Origin: a virus
DNA length: 64,000 nucleotides
Virus record (IMG/VR): IMGVR_UViG_3300032309_001546
Coordinates: 64,001 to 128,000 of that record
Reading direction: 5' to 3' (one strand)
Part shown: in pieces, positions 1 through 8,521 of the stretch
How positions within the stretch are numbered: the stretch's first letter is position 1
Layout: each line of letters opens with the position of its first letter
Position numbers and translations under genes: made by a program
Notes under the pieces: generated by a model
The model's input: the letters and a program-made list of their open reading frames with translations, nothing else
Database searches by the model: none
What the model was told of the DNA's origin: nothing

Positions 1-141
1 CGTGTTAAAACCGGTACTAATGATTGTACCACCCTTAATTAGAACTGCGCCATGGCAGAACCTCTCATAACTGGATCGTCTAGCTTGTTTAATAGCAACT
101 CGAATATATCCTAGTTCTTTCTTACTCAGGTTATACTCCAT
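1..141 (-). CDS. Cytidine/dCMP deaminase-family protein, N-terminal part (runs off the window)
   Basis: Manual translation from ATG at 141: MEYNLSKKELGYIRVAIKQARRSSYERFCHGAVLIKGGTIISTGFNT. The A..A..S...HGAVL.K.G.II..G.N pattern is typical of the deaminase N-terminus; catalytic HxE/PCxxC lies outside the window. Confidence 0.7.
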   Translation of the reverse strand, partial: MEYNLSKKELGYIRVAIKQARRSSYERFCHGAVLIKGGTIISTGFNT

Positions 142-152
142 AAATTATTTCC

Positions 153-1301
153 TTATTCGTAGTCTCTTAATGCTTTCGCATATGGAAACCTAGGTACCCC
201 ATCAGGGGTTAGATTGAAATATTGAATAGTTACCTGCTTACCTATAAGTGAATCCTTGTTCTCCCATAGTCTTACAAGATACTCATGAGGGCCCATAATA
301 TTACTATTAAAGTGGCGACCATCTGACATGACCAGGGTAAATGCCCCAGCCATGCCAGACTTGTTCCCCTCGCCCTCAACAACACCAACAATTTCATATT
401 CGCTATCGATAAACTTCTTAAGCTTTAGAAGATTCTTACTTCGCTTATTTTCATAAGCAGTATTTCTTCTAAGCATAAGACCCTCATATCCTTCCTTAAG
501 ATATGCAGTAAGCTTAGCCTGGACTTCTTCCTGGCTGTTTACAGTGTGCGTTTCAACTGTTGTGACATATTTCATGTCGATCAGTTTCATACCAAACGTA
601 TTGTATTGCTTAAAAAACTTAAGACGATCAATGAAGTTACCATCTACCATGTTGTCGTAGCACCAGAACTGAATATACTTCTTGCTTTCAGCAAGTTGCG
701 CATCATCAATCTTCTGGCGCTTAACAAGTTCTACAATCCTATTAAAGTTATCTTTAAATTCATGATTGTAAAGTTCACCATCTAGCTGGACATCCGGGCA
801 CTTCTCAAAGAATGACTCAAGAGCTGAGTTAATATGAGGGCATGAAACAATCTTTTCATTGTTTCTAGTCCACATACCATCCTTATTGATCCTGCATCGA
901 ATGCCATCGAGCTTAGGTTGAGTATAAGCGGGCCAAGTAATGTCATCTGCATAGTCATCGTAATTCTTAGCGAGCATTACCTGATAGGGTAAAGCCTCAT
1001 CTACATTATCGACAGTCTCAGTATAACCCTTCTTGATCTGTTTATCCCACTTAGCTTTTGCTTCCTTTGCAGCTTGGTCAGCTGCAGTAGTCGCATTCTT
1101 CTTGCCAACATTCATTGGCTCACAAACAGTAGGCTTACTGGTAGTCTTAACACCATCAATATGCCCACTGGTTGTATAAAATGAACCATTACCTAAAACG
1201 GCAATGGTCCATTCCTCAATCTTATTGCCATTTACTTTCTTATAAAGTGTAGGTAAAAAGTAATTAGTTACAACATCATCAACAGTTTCTAGCTCTGCCA
1301 T
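153..1301 (-). CDS. lig: ATP-dependent DNA ligase
   Basis: Motif I QPKLDGIR, motif III LDGELY, EGYEGLMLR, KRSKNLLKLK and C-terminal OB domain ending PRFP. Start moved to MAELET at 1301, which has GGAGGA upstream. Confidence 0.95.
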   Translation of the reverse strand: MAELETVDDVVTNYFLPTLYKKVNGNKIEEWTIAVLGNGSFYTTSGHIDGVKTTSKPTVCEPMNVGKKNATTAADQAAKEAKAKWDKQIKKGYTETVDNVDEALPYQVMLAKNYDDYADDITWPAYTQPKLDGIRCRINKDGMWTRNNEKIVSCPHINSALESFFEKCPDVQLDGELYNHEFKDNFNRIVELVKRQKIDDAQLAESKKYIQFWCYDNMVDGNFIDRLKFFKQYNTFGMKLIDMKYVTTVETHTVNSQEEVQAKLTAYLKEGYEGLMLRRNTAYENKRSKNLLKLKKFIDSEYEIVGVVEGEGNKSGMAGAFTLVMSDGRHFNSNIMGPHEYLVRLWENKDSLIGKQVTIQYFNLTPDGVPRFPYAKALRDYE

Positions 1302-2350
1302 GCAAAGTAGTCCTCCCAATTAACAAATTCTGGATGATCAGAGAAAATAACATCTTCCTCAAGAAGATTAGAGCATTCGCCCTCGATGATCTCTGCAATA
1401 GTAGTCTGCATTTCTTTGAGTGTCTTGCATGTAACAAGCTCGTCGCGAAAGCGGAACTTAAATGGGTTACCTTCTTCTATCTTAGTTAGAATGTCACCTT
1501 TATTAAGTACAACGCAGGTGACGCCAGACAGGCGAATCGCAGCAATCATCTTATCAAGATTAAGATAATTAACAATTCTTTGACGTCCGGTTGTAATACC
1601 TTGTTCCTTGCCAATTCTGCCAATCTCAGCAAGAACTGGATCCTGCATTAAACTAACAGGAAACATAGGATCTGCCCCACTCTTAGTGTCGTACATCTTA
1701 CCAATGCCAATAATGCGAGTAATATCCATAGGCGAGAAGCCAAGTGAACAAGCATTATAAGGCAAAGTAGAACTACTAGTAACGTAAGGATAAGATCCAT
1801 GATCGATGTCTAGCCAGACACTCTGCGCGCCTTCTGCAAGGATAGAACCAAAAAGTTTCTCATCCCAGATCCACTTGGGATCAAGAACTTCAGCTGCACG
1901 AATTCCTTTACGCAACATCTTATCTGAGTAGCACGGAGCAATACCTTGCCCTGTAGTCCCAAGATGCGAAAGATAATTAGTGTCATAGCTAATGTGATCT
2001 TGAGTAATTACATGAGCCTTAGGTGAAACCTTAACAAGACTCGTATCAAATCTATTAACTTCTAGATAAGCAATCTCTGCCATGAACTTGCTAATATTGA
2101 TTACACAAGCAGGGCCGATAATGCTAGGAACACCGTGGAATACACCACTAGGGATAAGATGAGTCTTGTACTGCTTACCATCCAAGTAAACAGTATGACC
2201 TGCATTAGGGCCGCCGTTAAAGCGACAGACAAAGTCATAGTGTTGGTAATTAACCAATGAACTAACGACCTTGCCCTTGCCCTCGTCACCCCAAGCAAGC
2301 CCAACAACAACATCTACTGTATCAATCTCACGAGAATTAGCAAACTGCAT
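1289..2350 (-). CDS. purA: Adenylosuccinate synthetase (short form, canonical PurA not PurZ)
   Basis: GLAWGDEGKGK, RFNGGPNAGHT, EGAQ..LDIDHG.YPYVTSS, TTGRQR. The catalytic Asp of GDEGKG is retained. Confidence 0.95.
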   Translation of the reverse strand: MQFANSREIDTVDVVVGLAWGDEGKGKVVSSLVNYQHYDFVCRFNGGPNAGHTVYLDGKQYKTHLIPSGVFHGVPSIIGPACVINISKFMAEIAYLEVNRFDTSLVKVSPKAHVITQDHISYDTNYLSHLGTTGQGIAPCYSDKMLRKGIRAAEVLDPKWIWDEKLFGSILAEGAQSVWLDIDHGSYPYVTSSSTLPYNACSLGFSPMDITRIIGIGKMYDTKSGADPMFPVSLMQDPVLAEIGRIGKEQGITTGRQRIVNYLNLDKMIAAIRLSGVTCVVLNKGDILTKIEEGNPFKFRFRDELVTCKTLKEMQTTIAEIIEGECSNLLEEDVIFSDHPEFVNWEDYFAWQS

Positions 2351-2358
2351 AAATTTCC

Positions 2359-3417
2359 TTAAAAGGCATAGCGAACTTCACACCAGGGAATAAATTTCTT
2401 AATACCAGCAGAGAAAGCTTTAACATTGTCACCTTTAAGTCCATACTGATAGCATAGGACATCAGGCTTATTAGCTTTAGTTTGCTGGATTTCAGGAGTC
2501 CAAAGAAATTCTTCACCCTTAGGATTCCATTGCATGTTAATATCATGCAGATCAGTACTGTGAGTTAGAAAAATAACCTCAGATTTCATCTGAAGCTTGG
2601 CTCTGTCTGTTAGCTTACTATCCATAAGTTGCCATAGCTCAATCCAATCTTTCTTCCATTGCTTATCTCCATACATAATGACAGGAGAAAAGTTAGCATG
2701 AACCTCATAGCCTGCCTCAACAAGTTCGTTCATTGCATCAATACGATCTTCGATTGGAGAAGTTCTAATGTCAACATATTTAGACACTGCCTGAGGCATC
2801 AAACTGTAACGAATTCTAGTTCTGCTCTTAGGATTAAACTTTAAGAACGGATCAATATTAACAGTTTTAGTTGCAAAAGTCAACTTACCATGCTTAGTAC
2901 TCTTGATAGCTTCCATTAGTACAAATGGATTGTCACTAATCATTGCATCAATGCTGACGTCATTGTTATTGCCAATGTCATAGATCCAATATTCAGGATC
3001 ACACTGATTAGATTCGGGCTTAGGACCAAGCTCATTGCAGTGATCTACAATGCTTTCAGCAACCTTCTCACTATTAAGAAATACTGTCAAAGGATTACTG
3101 CCGCCCTTGCGCCGAGCAACATAGCAATACTGGCATGCACTTAAGCAGCCATTACTATGAGATGGAGCAATGAAGTCAGAGCTTCTACCGTTGACTGTAC
3201 TTGCAAGAATCTTAAGCTTACCAAGAACCAAGATGTGCTTCTTAGCCTTAATCCAATCAACAGGATCCATATCTACTAGATCTGGAATTTTCCAATGACT
3301 AGCAACTTTTTTAACCTGAGCATCAGGAAATCTATTTAGAATAGAATCAAGTCTGCTTTGCTCAGACTGTGAATAGTTATTATTCTCTACATAGATAGTC
3401 TTAAAGTCCAACTTCAA
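2359..3417 (-). CDS. Spore photoproduct lyase-family radical SAM protein
   Basis: NGRSSDFIAPS..NGCLSACQYCY (CX3CX2C), FATK, RIRYSLMP, RIDAMNELVEAGYEVHANFSPV. Confidence 0.88.
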   Translation of the reverse strand: MKLDFKTIYVENNNYSQSEQSRLDSILNRFPDAQVKKVASHWKIPDLVDMDPVDWIKAKKHILVLGKLKILASTVNGRSSDFIAPSHSNGCLSACQYCYVARRKGGSNPLTVFLNSEKVAESIVDHCNELGPKPESNQCDPEYWIYDIGNNNDVSIDAMISDNPFVLMEAIKSTKHGKLTFATKTVNIDPFLKFNPKSRTRIRYSLMPQAVSKYVDIRTSPIEDRIDAMNELVEAGYEVHANFSPVIMYGDKQWKKDWIELWQLMDSKLTDRAKLQMKSEVIFLTHSTDLHDINMQWNPKGEEFLWTPEIQQTKANKPDVLCYQYGLKGDNVKAFSAGIKKFIPWCEVRYAF

Positions 3418-3420
3418 GGT

Positions 3421-4053
3421 TTACTCCACGGTTGTGAACTCTGTCATGTAATGATCGCTTGTCTGCATAGCACGCAGATCTTCGACGGAATAAATATTCA
3501 TGTCAATCAAATAGCCAGGGTTGTTACGAATTCGGTTGCTAACCCAAGCAGAATCAATCCAGATACAACGATTGTTTGGATAAGCAAAATAGTTGCCATC
3601 TCTTCCTGCGAAGAAATGAGCGCATTTATGCTCTGGAGTCTCTGAGAAGTTGACGTCTAGAGCGCCGGCTTTGTTCTCCCAAGACCAGTCTAAAGTAAAT
3701 AGGTACTTACCTGTACGTCTAATGCCAGTAGGGCCAACAAGCTCTGCTGAGAGTCCTGCTAGCCGTGCTCTAACCTGCACATCAATGTAGGGTGAGAAGC
3801 AATCCCAGTAAACATGCTCTGTCAAAGGCAAGATTGGTGCATCCTTCTTCCAGCAAAAAGCTGTAATAGGACGACGAGTCCAATTTACCCCATTGTCGAG
3901 AAAGGCTTCAAACAGCGGAACCCGCTTTTCAATAGAAGCTACTGAGTGCACGTCACAGGGAGTAAACTCTCCATGACCCTTAGTATGATTGAACAAGTAC
4001 TCATTTCGAATTAGACAAGTAACTGTAGGGATATTATGGTTTAGATAAGACAT
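3421..4053 (-). CDS. Conserved phage hypothetical protein
   Basis: 210-aa ORF tightly packed in the operon; YLN.NIP...IRNEYL and EHKCAH...GN..AYPNNR motifs recalled from phage hypotheticals. Confidence 0.75.
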   Translation of the reverse strand: MSYLNHNIPTVTCLIRNEYLFNHTKGHGEFTPCDVHSVASIEKRVPLFEAFLDNGVNWTRRPITAFCWKKDAPILPLTEHVYWDCFSPYIDVQVRARLAGLSAELVGPTGIRRTGKYLFTLDWSWENKAGALDVNFSETPEHKCAHFFAGRDGNYFAYPNNRCIWIDSAWVSNRIRNNPGYLIDMNIYSVEDLRAMQTSDHYMTEFTTVE

Positions 4054-4061
4054 TTTAAACC

Positions 4062-4427
4062 TTAGGGAGCGCCTTCTAATGCATCAATAAGAGCTAATCC
4101 TTCAAGAGGATAGCCCCAAGCATTGCAAGCTCTACCCTTAACCTCCCATCTGGGAATCGCGTAAATATCTCCTGCTGCCTTGCCTTCAGCAAGACGAACA
4201 TAAATACTATCGTCATTGTAGGCTTTGCGAACAAGACTGAGTAGACATCCTACTGTTGCAGGATCGTTGAAGTCTGGAAGCCCACCAGGTAGATCTTCAT
4301 AGTCTCCGTCAGGAATACGAATATAAGATTTAGTCTCAGGGAAATAGACCCGCATACCTCCGGTCCATTTCCAGTGCTTAGACTCAATAGCTTTCTCAAG
4401 TAAACCTCGAACTGCAATTACATTCAT
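4062..4427 (-). CDS. Hypothetical protein, paralog of 4598..4993
   Basis: Shares HW.W..GM, PD..DPAT.GCLL.LVR.A and AL..ALE.AP with the neighbouring ORF. Confidence 0.8.
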   Translation of the reverse strand: MNVIAVRGLLEKAIESKHWKWTGGMRVYFPETKSYIRIPDGDYEDLPGGLPDFNDPATVGCLLSLVRKAYNDDSIYVRLAEGKAAGDIYAIPRWEVKGRACNAWGYPLEGLALIDALEGAP

Positions 4428-4597
4428 TAGTATTCCTCTCCATCACCAGAAGGTGGCTCAAGATCATAACAATCATTAACACCAGCAACACCATGAAGCA
4501 TTGCTGTTTCCCAATAAGTTTCACTCTCTTCTAGATCATAATGTTCCATAAAAGTCTCCAGTTATTATTTAGATCTTTAATACAGAGTAATAGATAT

Positions 4598-4993
4598 TTA
4601 TGGCGCGACCTCTAGTGCGGCAACAAGAGCTTCTGCTTCGCTGGGGCCAACCCATTCACTAGAAAACGAGACGCCCATGCAACGCCACTTGTCACGAAAA
4701 GGCGAGTAAGCCTCAACAAATATCCTAGGGTCACGATGCGCATCTCGCACGAGAGCTAGTAAGCAACCAAGCGTAGCAGGATCTGAAAGATCTGGAATTG
4801 TATCTTGAGTTACCTGTGTTAGATAATTAAGGTAGCTTTGATAACCTAGAACATATCCATCAGAATCAATGCGAATAACACGTTGATTACTACTAGTAGA
4901 CATGCCAATTTTCCATTGCCAATGTTTACAAGCAATAGCCCGCTGGCCTAACTTATCAAAATAATCTAAGAGTTCATTTAGTTCATCTTTCAT
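4598..4993 (-). CDS. Hypothetical protein, paralog of 4062..4427
   Basis: PDLSDPATLGCLLALVRDAH. Start moved to MKDEL (4993) because the longer ORF call overlaps tRNA-Tyr. Confidence 0.8.
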   Translation of the reverse strand: MKDELNELLDYFDKLGQRAIACKHWQWKIGMSTSSNQRVIRIDSDGYVLGYQSYLNYLTQVTQDTIPDLSDPATLGCLLALVRDAHRDPRIFVEAYSPFRDKWRCMGVSFSSEWVGPSEAEALVAALEVAP

Positions 4994-5030
4994 TCTAGTA
5001 GAATCTCCAGTGATAAAGTAAATAAATAAG

Positions 5031-5112
5031 TGGGAGTAGATGGACTCGAACCAACGTAGACCGAAGTCGGGGGATTTACAGTCCCCTGCAATTGCCACTA
5101 TGCGATACTCCC
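5031..5112 (-). tRNA. tRNA-Tyr(GUA)
   Basis: GGGAGTA/TACTCCC acceptor, GGGGA-CTGTAAA-TCCCC anticodon arm, long variable arm, TTCGAGT T-loop; no encoded CCA. Confidence 0.95.
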
Positions 5113-5167
5113 AATATAAGTGCTCAGGACGGGACTTGAACCCGTAATTCCAAGGAAGGCAGATTTT

Positions 5168-5855
5168 CTTACCACTATAGTTTTCACTACCAGCATATGC
5201 CGTTTGTGGTCTGGACTATACCTTTACCATAGTATTTCTACATTAGGTAACAACCGTCTAGTCTCTACACTTTCCTTAAATGGTTTGCTTTTCTCCAAGA
5301 GTCTGTCATAGAATGACAGTTTGGACAAAGCAACTGCAAGTTTTCTTCTACATTATTTGTCCTATCTCCATCAATGTGATGTATTTCCAATTTTATCTGT
5401 TCAGAAAGCCATTCTGAAAGATTACATTGTTCGCATTGATGAGTACGCTTTTTTATTAAATGAGGTTTTAGATTAGCAGCTTTAGAATAAGAACTCCAGT
5501 CTTTCAACTGTTGATCTTTATTCCAACCCTTGCCAGTAAAGTGAGAGGTGTCACACAATAGTCTTTGGATGTTCCGTTGGACATTTGCGTAATTACCTCC
5601 AGCTTGCTTTAGCCCAAGAACTTTAAGTACTTGGGAAATGCTTTTACTAGCCTTAACAGCATCTATTATTTGCTGATCTGTATAATCTTTATATTTTCTC
5701 ATAGTAATATTATAGCATAGGTAATGGAGAATAAACTGTGCGTTTGCCATTTAAGGCTTAGCTCGGTATTAGCATGCTAGTAAACTAGTTTAGCCTTCAC
5801 CGAATTTGATTGTGTTCACCTATAAGGTTTCCCCTATAGGGCTCAAATTTTCTAT
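5168..5855 (-). mobile_element. Group I intron (IC3-like) inserted after U34 of the tRNA-Leu anticodon
   Basis: 5' exon ends in U and intron ends in G. P2 CCTATAGGGGAAACCTTATAGG; P AAATTCGGTGAA; Q AATACCGAGC; R GTAGAGACTAG; S AAGGTATAGTCC; P9 GGTAGTGAAAACTAT. Confidence 0.9.
5265..5702 (-). CDS. Intron-encoded HNH homing endonuclease
   Basis: CEQC...LEIHHIDGDRTNNVEENLQLLCPNCHS; lies between intron Q and R elements and its stop overlaps R. Likely start MRKYKD at 5702. Confidence 0.92.
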   Translation of the reverse strand: MRKYKDYTDQQIIDAVKASKSISQVLKVLGLKQAGGNYANVQRNIQRLLCDTSHFTGKGWNKDQQLKDWSSYSKAANLKPHLIKKRTHQCEQCNLSEWLSEQIKLEIHHIDGDRTNNVEENLQLLCPNCHSMTDSWRKANHLRKV

Positions 5856-5897
5856 AAGTCTGCTGCGTATGCCGATTTCGCCACCTGAGCAAAGGCA

Positions 5898-7067
5898 TTA
5901 CGCCACAAGTTCTTTATACTTGTCACGCAATGCAAAATAAGCTAAGTCTTTAGCCTTAGCCTCGACCTCAAGATCGAGATCAAAAGGTGCATAAAGTAAA
6001 TTGTCAGAAATCTCATTTACATAATCATGATGAGATCTGTCATATTCATGATCTCGACCTTTTGAAATATGCAGTAATGGTTTGTATGCTTTAGAGCGCC
6101 ACCAATGAAAATCAAATGAACTTACAGGCTTAATAGACATTTGATAATTAGCATTATTAATTTCTGAAGGATGATCAATTACAAACTGAATATGCTTACT
6201 ATAATTAGTACGAGTTTTCCATGTTTCATGGCATGCTTCAAGCGCTTCAGTTAATGGCTCGCCTTCGTTATTAATTTTCCAATGATGCACATCTAGAGTG
6301 ATGGGCATACCAGGAAAATGTTTAATAAGTTCTTGCCATGTCCAGCAACCCTTGTCCTCGGTCTCAAAAACAATACGCTTAAAAGCATTAGGATAGTGCT
6401 TTAGTACCTGCAAAAGCATGACATTAACATTATTTGCAGTTATAGCTGGATTATCAGCGCCTCTACTAACGTGAATGTTAAGTGGACAAGAGTAATCAGC
6501 TGGGGCACCAATCCAGTCAAGAAACATTGCATGGGCAATAAGTTCTGCTCTAGATGAGTTCTGCACTACAGGTGATCCACCAAGACTAACAAACTCTGGA
6601 GGATGCATAGTCAAGCGACCACCTCCATCCAGATATTTCTGAACAGTCTTTCTTAGTTGAAGCTCAAGGCCATTAAAAGCTCCATCAAATCTACCTTTGA
6701 TCATAGAGTTAAAAACTTTACATGGTCTAATCCAATAATTAAAATTTTTATAGGTAAATTCTAGACTCTGTCCATAACTCCAGAATGGAAATAAATTACT
6801 GCTAATGCGATACAACTTGATATTGTTCTGAATGTTATAGTCTAGAACAGCAATCAATTCCTTAATATTATGAACATAGATATTAAAGAGAACTTTAGCG
6901 CCAATCTCCATATGGTCATAGTGCGCATACCAGTCATCAAGATGACGCCAACTGCCGTCAAATTGAACTGGCTCAAAGTTAAGAGTCTTGATCTTCTTAA
7001 GAGTAATAGTTTTAAAGTTAGTTTTATGTGTTCCTAGGCTATTACAACAGTAACCAAGTGTAATCAT
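5898..7067 (-). CDS. uvsE: UV-damage endonuclease (UvsE/UVDE)
   Basis: LGYCC, IKLYRISSNLFP, RLTMHP.EFV.L, NIHV, RIVFETED, LDVHH, LHIS...RSHHDY, VEAKAKD. Confidence 0.92.
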   Translation of the reverse strand: MITLGYCCNSLGTHKTNFKTITLKKIKTLNFEPVQFDGSWRHLDDWYAHYDHMEIGAKVLFNIYVHNIKELIAVLDYNIQNNIKLYRISSNLFPFWSYGQSLEFTYKNFNYWIRPCKVFNSMIKGRFDGAFNGLELQLRKTVQKYLDGGGRLTMHPPEFVSLGGSPVVQNSSRAELIAHAMFLDWIGAPADYSCPLNIHVSRGADNPAITANNVNVMLLQVLKHYPNAFKRIVFETEDKGCWTWQELIKHFPGMPITLDVHHWKINNEGEPLTEALEACHETWKTRTNYSKHIQFVIDHPSEINNANYQMSIKPVSSFDFHWWRSKAYKPLLHISKGRDHEYDRSHHDYVNEISDNLLYAPFDLDLEVEAKAKDLAYFALRDKYKELVA

Positions 7068-7378
7068 AGTTCCTTACTAGGCCAACTATCTACCATACCA
7101 GTAATTAGAAATTCACGATCTGTTGAGTCCAGTCTAGGAAATGCTTCCTGAATCATCTTTCCCTGATTCCAAGCAGACAGACACAACATAAATTCACTAC
7201 TACTCATCTCAGGATAGAGAACGTAGTAAGCCCTACTAAAGGGATCCTTGCGAATAAGTCTAATCTCATCAGTCTCATGAACAATATAAGCCGTAAGCGG
7301 ACCTCTTGGAGTCGTAAGGGTGTGGTATTCACCATCAAGACTAGGCATCCAAAAAGTATCAGTATGAGGATACAACAT
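7064..7378 (-). CDS. Hypothetical protein
   Basis: 104-aa ORF with AAGGAG RBS; C-terminal W.QG.MIQ.AFP.L...DREFLITG motif common in phage hypotheticals. Confidence 0.75.
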   Translation of the reverse strand: MLYPHTDTFWMPSLDGEYHTLTTPRGPLTAYIVHETDEIRLIRKDPFSRAYYVLYPEMSSSEFMLCLSAWNQGKMIQEAFPRLDSTDREFLITGMVDSWPSKEL

Positions 7379-7426
7379 AATATATCTCCTTTGTTACAGA
7401 TTAATTTTCAAATAACTAATTATAAG

Positions 7427-7498
7427 TGCTTCAAGTAGGATTCGAACCTACGCAATCTAGTTTACAAAACTAGGGCTCTGCCACTGAGCTATTGAAGC
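7427..7498 (-). tRNA. tRNA-Thr(UGU)
   Basis: GCTTCAA/TTGAAGC acceptor, CTAGT-TTTGTAA-ACTAG anticodon arm, GTAGG-TTCGAAT-CCTAC T-arm. Confidence 0.95.
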
Positions 7499-7499
7499 A

Positions 7500-7574
7500 T
7501 GGTCGGGATGACAGGGATCGAACCTGCGACATCTTGCTCCCAAAGCAAGCGCGCTACCACTGCGCTACATCCCG
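7500..7574 (-). tRNA. tRNA-Pro(UGG)
   Basis: CGGGATG/CATCCCG acceptor with encoded ACCA; CTTGC-TTTGGGA-GCAAG anticodon arm. Confidence 0.96.
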
Positions 7575-7604
7575 ATTAACAATAAGATACCGTACGAGTA
7601 CCAG

Positions 7605-7677
7605 TGCGACGGGAGGGGCTCGAACCCTCGACTGACGGATTAAAAGTCCGCTACTCTACCAACTGAGTTACCGTCGC
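7605..7677 (-). tRNA. tRNA-Lys(UUU)
   Basis: GCGACGG/CCGTCGC acceptor, GCGGA-CTTTTAA-TCCGT anticodon arm, GAGGG-TTCGAGC-CCCTC T-arm. Confidence 0.95.
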
Positions 7678-7698
7678 AAAATAGCAAACAAAATAAAG

Positions 7699-7779
7699 TG
7701 GACCGGGTGGGGGTCGAACCCACATAGCTTGCGCGTTCCGTTATGAGCGAAATTCCGTAACCAATTCGGAGGCCAGTCC
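7699..7779 (-). tRNA. tRNA with CAU anticodon, probably tRNA-Ile2 (lysidine); atypical structure
   Basis: GGACTGG/CCGGTCC acceptor, TTTCG-CTCATAA-CGGAA anticodon arm, 12-nt variable region, GTGGG-TTCGACC-CCCAC T-arm; lies immediately downstream of tilS. Confidence 0.8.
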
Positions 7780-7838
7780 AAAAGAGGGGATATCCCATCC
7801 CCAAGAAAAGCAAATTGCACCATAGTACAATTACTTTT

Positions 7839-8513
7839 CTAAATGTATTCAAATAGTACTTTATTATTTGGTGGATAAAGAATCTTTTCCACTACAGTAT
7901 ATAAACCAGCATTTACGAATAGTGCGTGAGGCACAATGTTCTTCCTAATGTAAGATCTCATGTTTGAGCCATCAAAATTAGTTGGATCAACATAATAGCA
8001 AAGATTATTTTCTTTGCAATACATTAGTAGAGATTCTTTTTTGTTTCTAATGAAAGGTCTAACTACAAAGACATCTGAATCTTCTTTTAAACGACGACTG
8101 ACTGGCATAGTATAAGCTTTGCCATTCAACGTATTAAAAAGGTATGTTTCAACAGCATCATCTAAGTGATGAGCTGTAATAATTTTACAAGCGCTAAAAC
8201 TCGCTGCTACTTGACCAAAAAGTCTGTATCTCTCGTCGCGCCAGTACTCTTCTTGACTGGAAGCCATTGGTCTATCTGGCTTGATAGCCAAGGACTTAAA
8301 CTGCCAAGAGTGAGCCTTACAATAATCTCTAACAATCTTTTCAGAAAGATCAGAAGTTACTGTGCCATGATGGATAAATACCACCATACCATGCTGACTA
8401 TGCTTACCCTTTGTTAAGAAGTGCAAGCAAGCCATACTATCCGGCCCACCTGAGCAGGCAAAAATAAATGGTTTGTCTTTTGAGAGTAATCTTTTGTCGT
8501 ACTTAAGATACAT
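7839..8513 (-). CDS. tilS: tRNA(Ile)-lysidine synthetase, catalytic domain only
   Basis: PP-loop ACSGGPDS, HHG, EEYWRDERY, TAHHLDDAVET, VRP, DPTN...RSYIR; lacks the usual C-terminal domains. Confidence 0.9.
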   Translation of the reverse strand: MYLKYDKRLLSKDKPFIFACSGGPDSMACLHFLTKGKHSQHGMVVFIHHGTVTSDLSEKIVRDYCKAHSWQFKSLAIKPDRPMASSQEEYWRDERYRLFGQVAASFSACKIITAHHLDDAVETYLFNTLNGKAYTMPVSRRLKEDSDVFVVRPFIRNKKESLLMYCKENNLCYYVDPTNFDGSNMRSYIRKNIVPHALFVNAGLYTVVEKILYPPNNKVLFEYI

Positions 8514-8521
8514 ACTTTCCT

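Larger units (their letters stand above)
5121..5890 (-). tRNA. tRNA-Leu(UAA) interrupted by a group I intron (exons 5856..5890 and 5121..5167)
   Basis: Joined exons: GCTCAGG-TGGCGAAATCGGCATACGC-A-GCAGA-CTT|AAAA-TCTGC-CTTCCTTGGAATT-ACGGG-TTCAAGT-CCCGT-CCTGAGC-A, a complete class II cloverleaf. Confidence 0.92.

Noticed and set aside
1289-2350. PurZ / 2-aminoadenine (Z-genome) pathway
   Set aside because: Retains the PurA Asp in GDEGKG and the Arg in TTGR; PurZ has Ser at the first position. No DatZ-like gene seen in the window.
4994-5311. ORF extensions or ORFs over tRNAs (4598..5098 N-terminus, 5120..5311; likewise 7640..7852 and the 24924..25358 N-terminus)
   Set aside because: They overlap well-formed tRNA genes or the intron core; better starts with RBS exist downstream.
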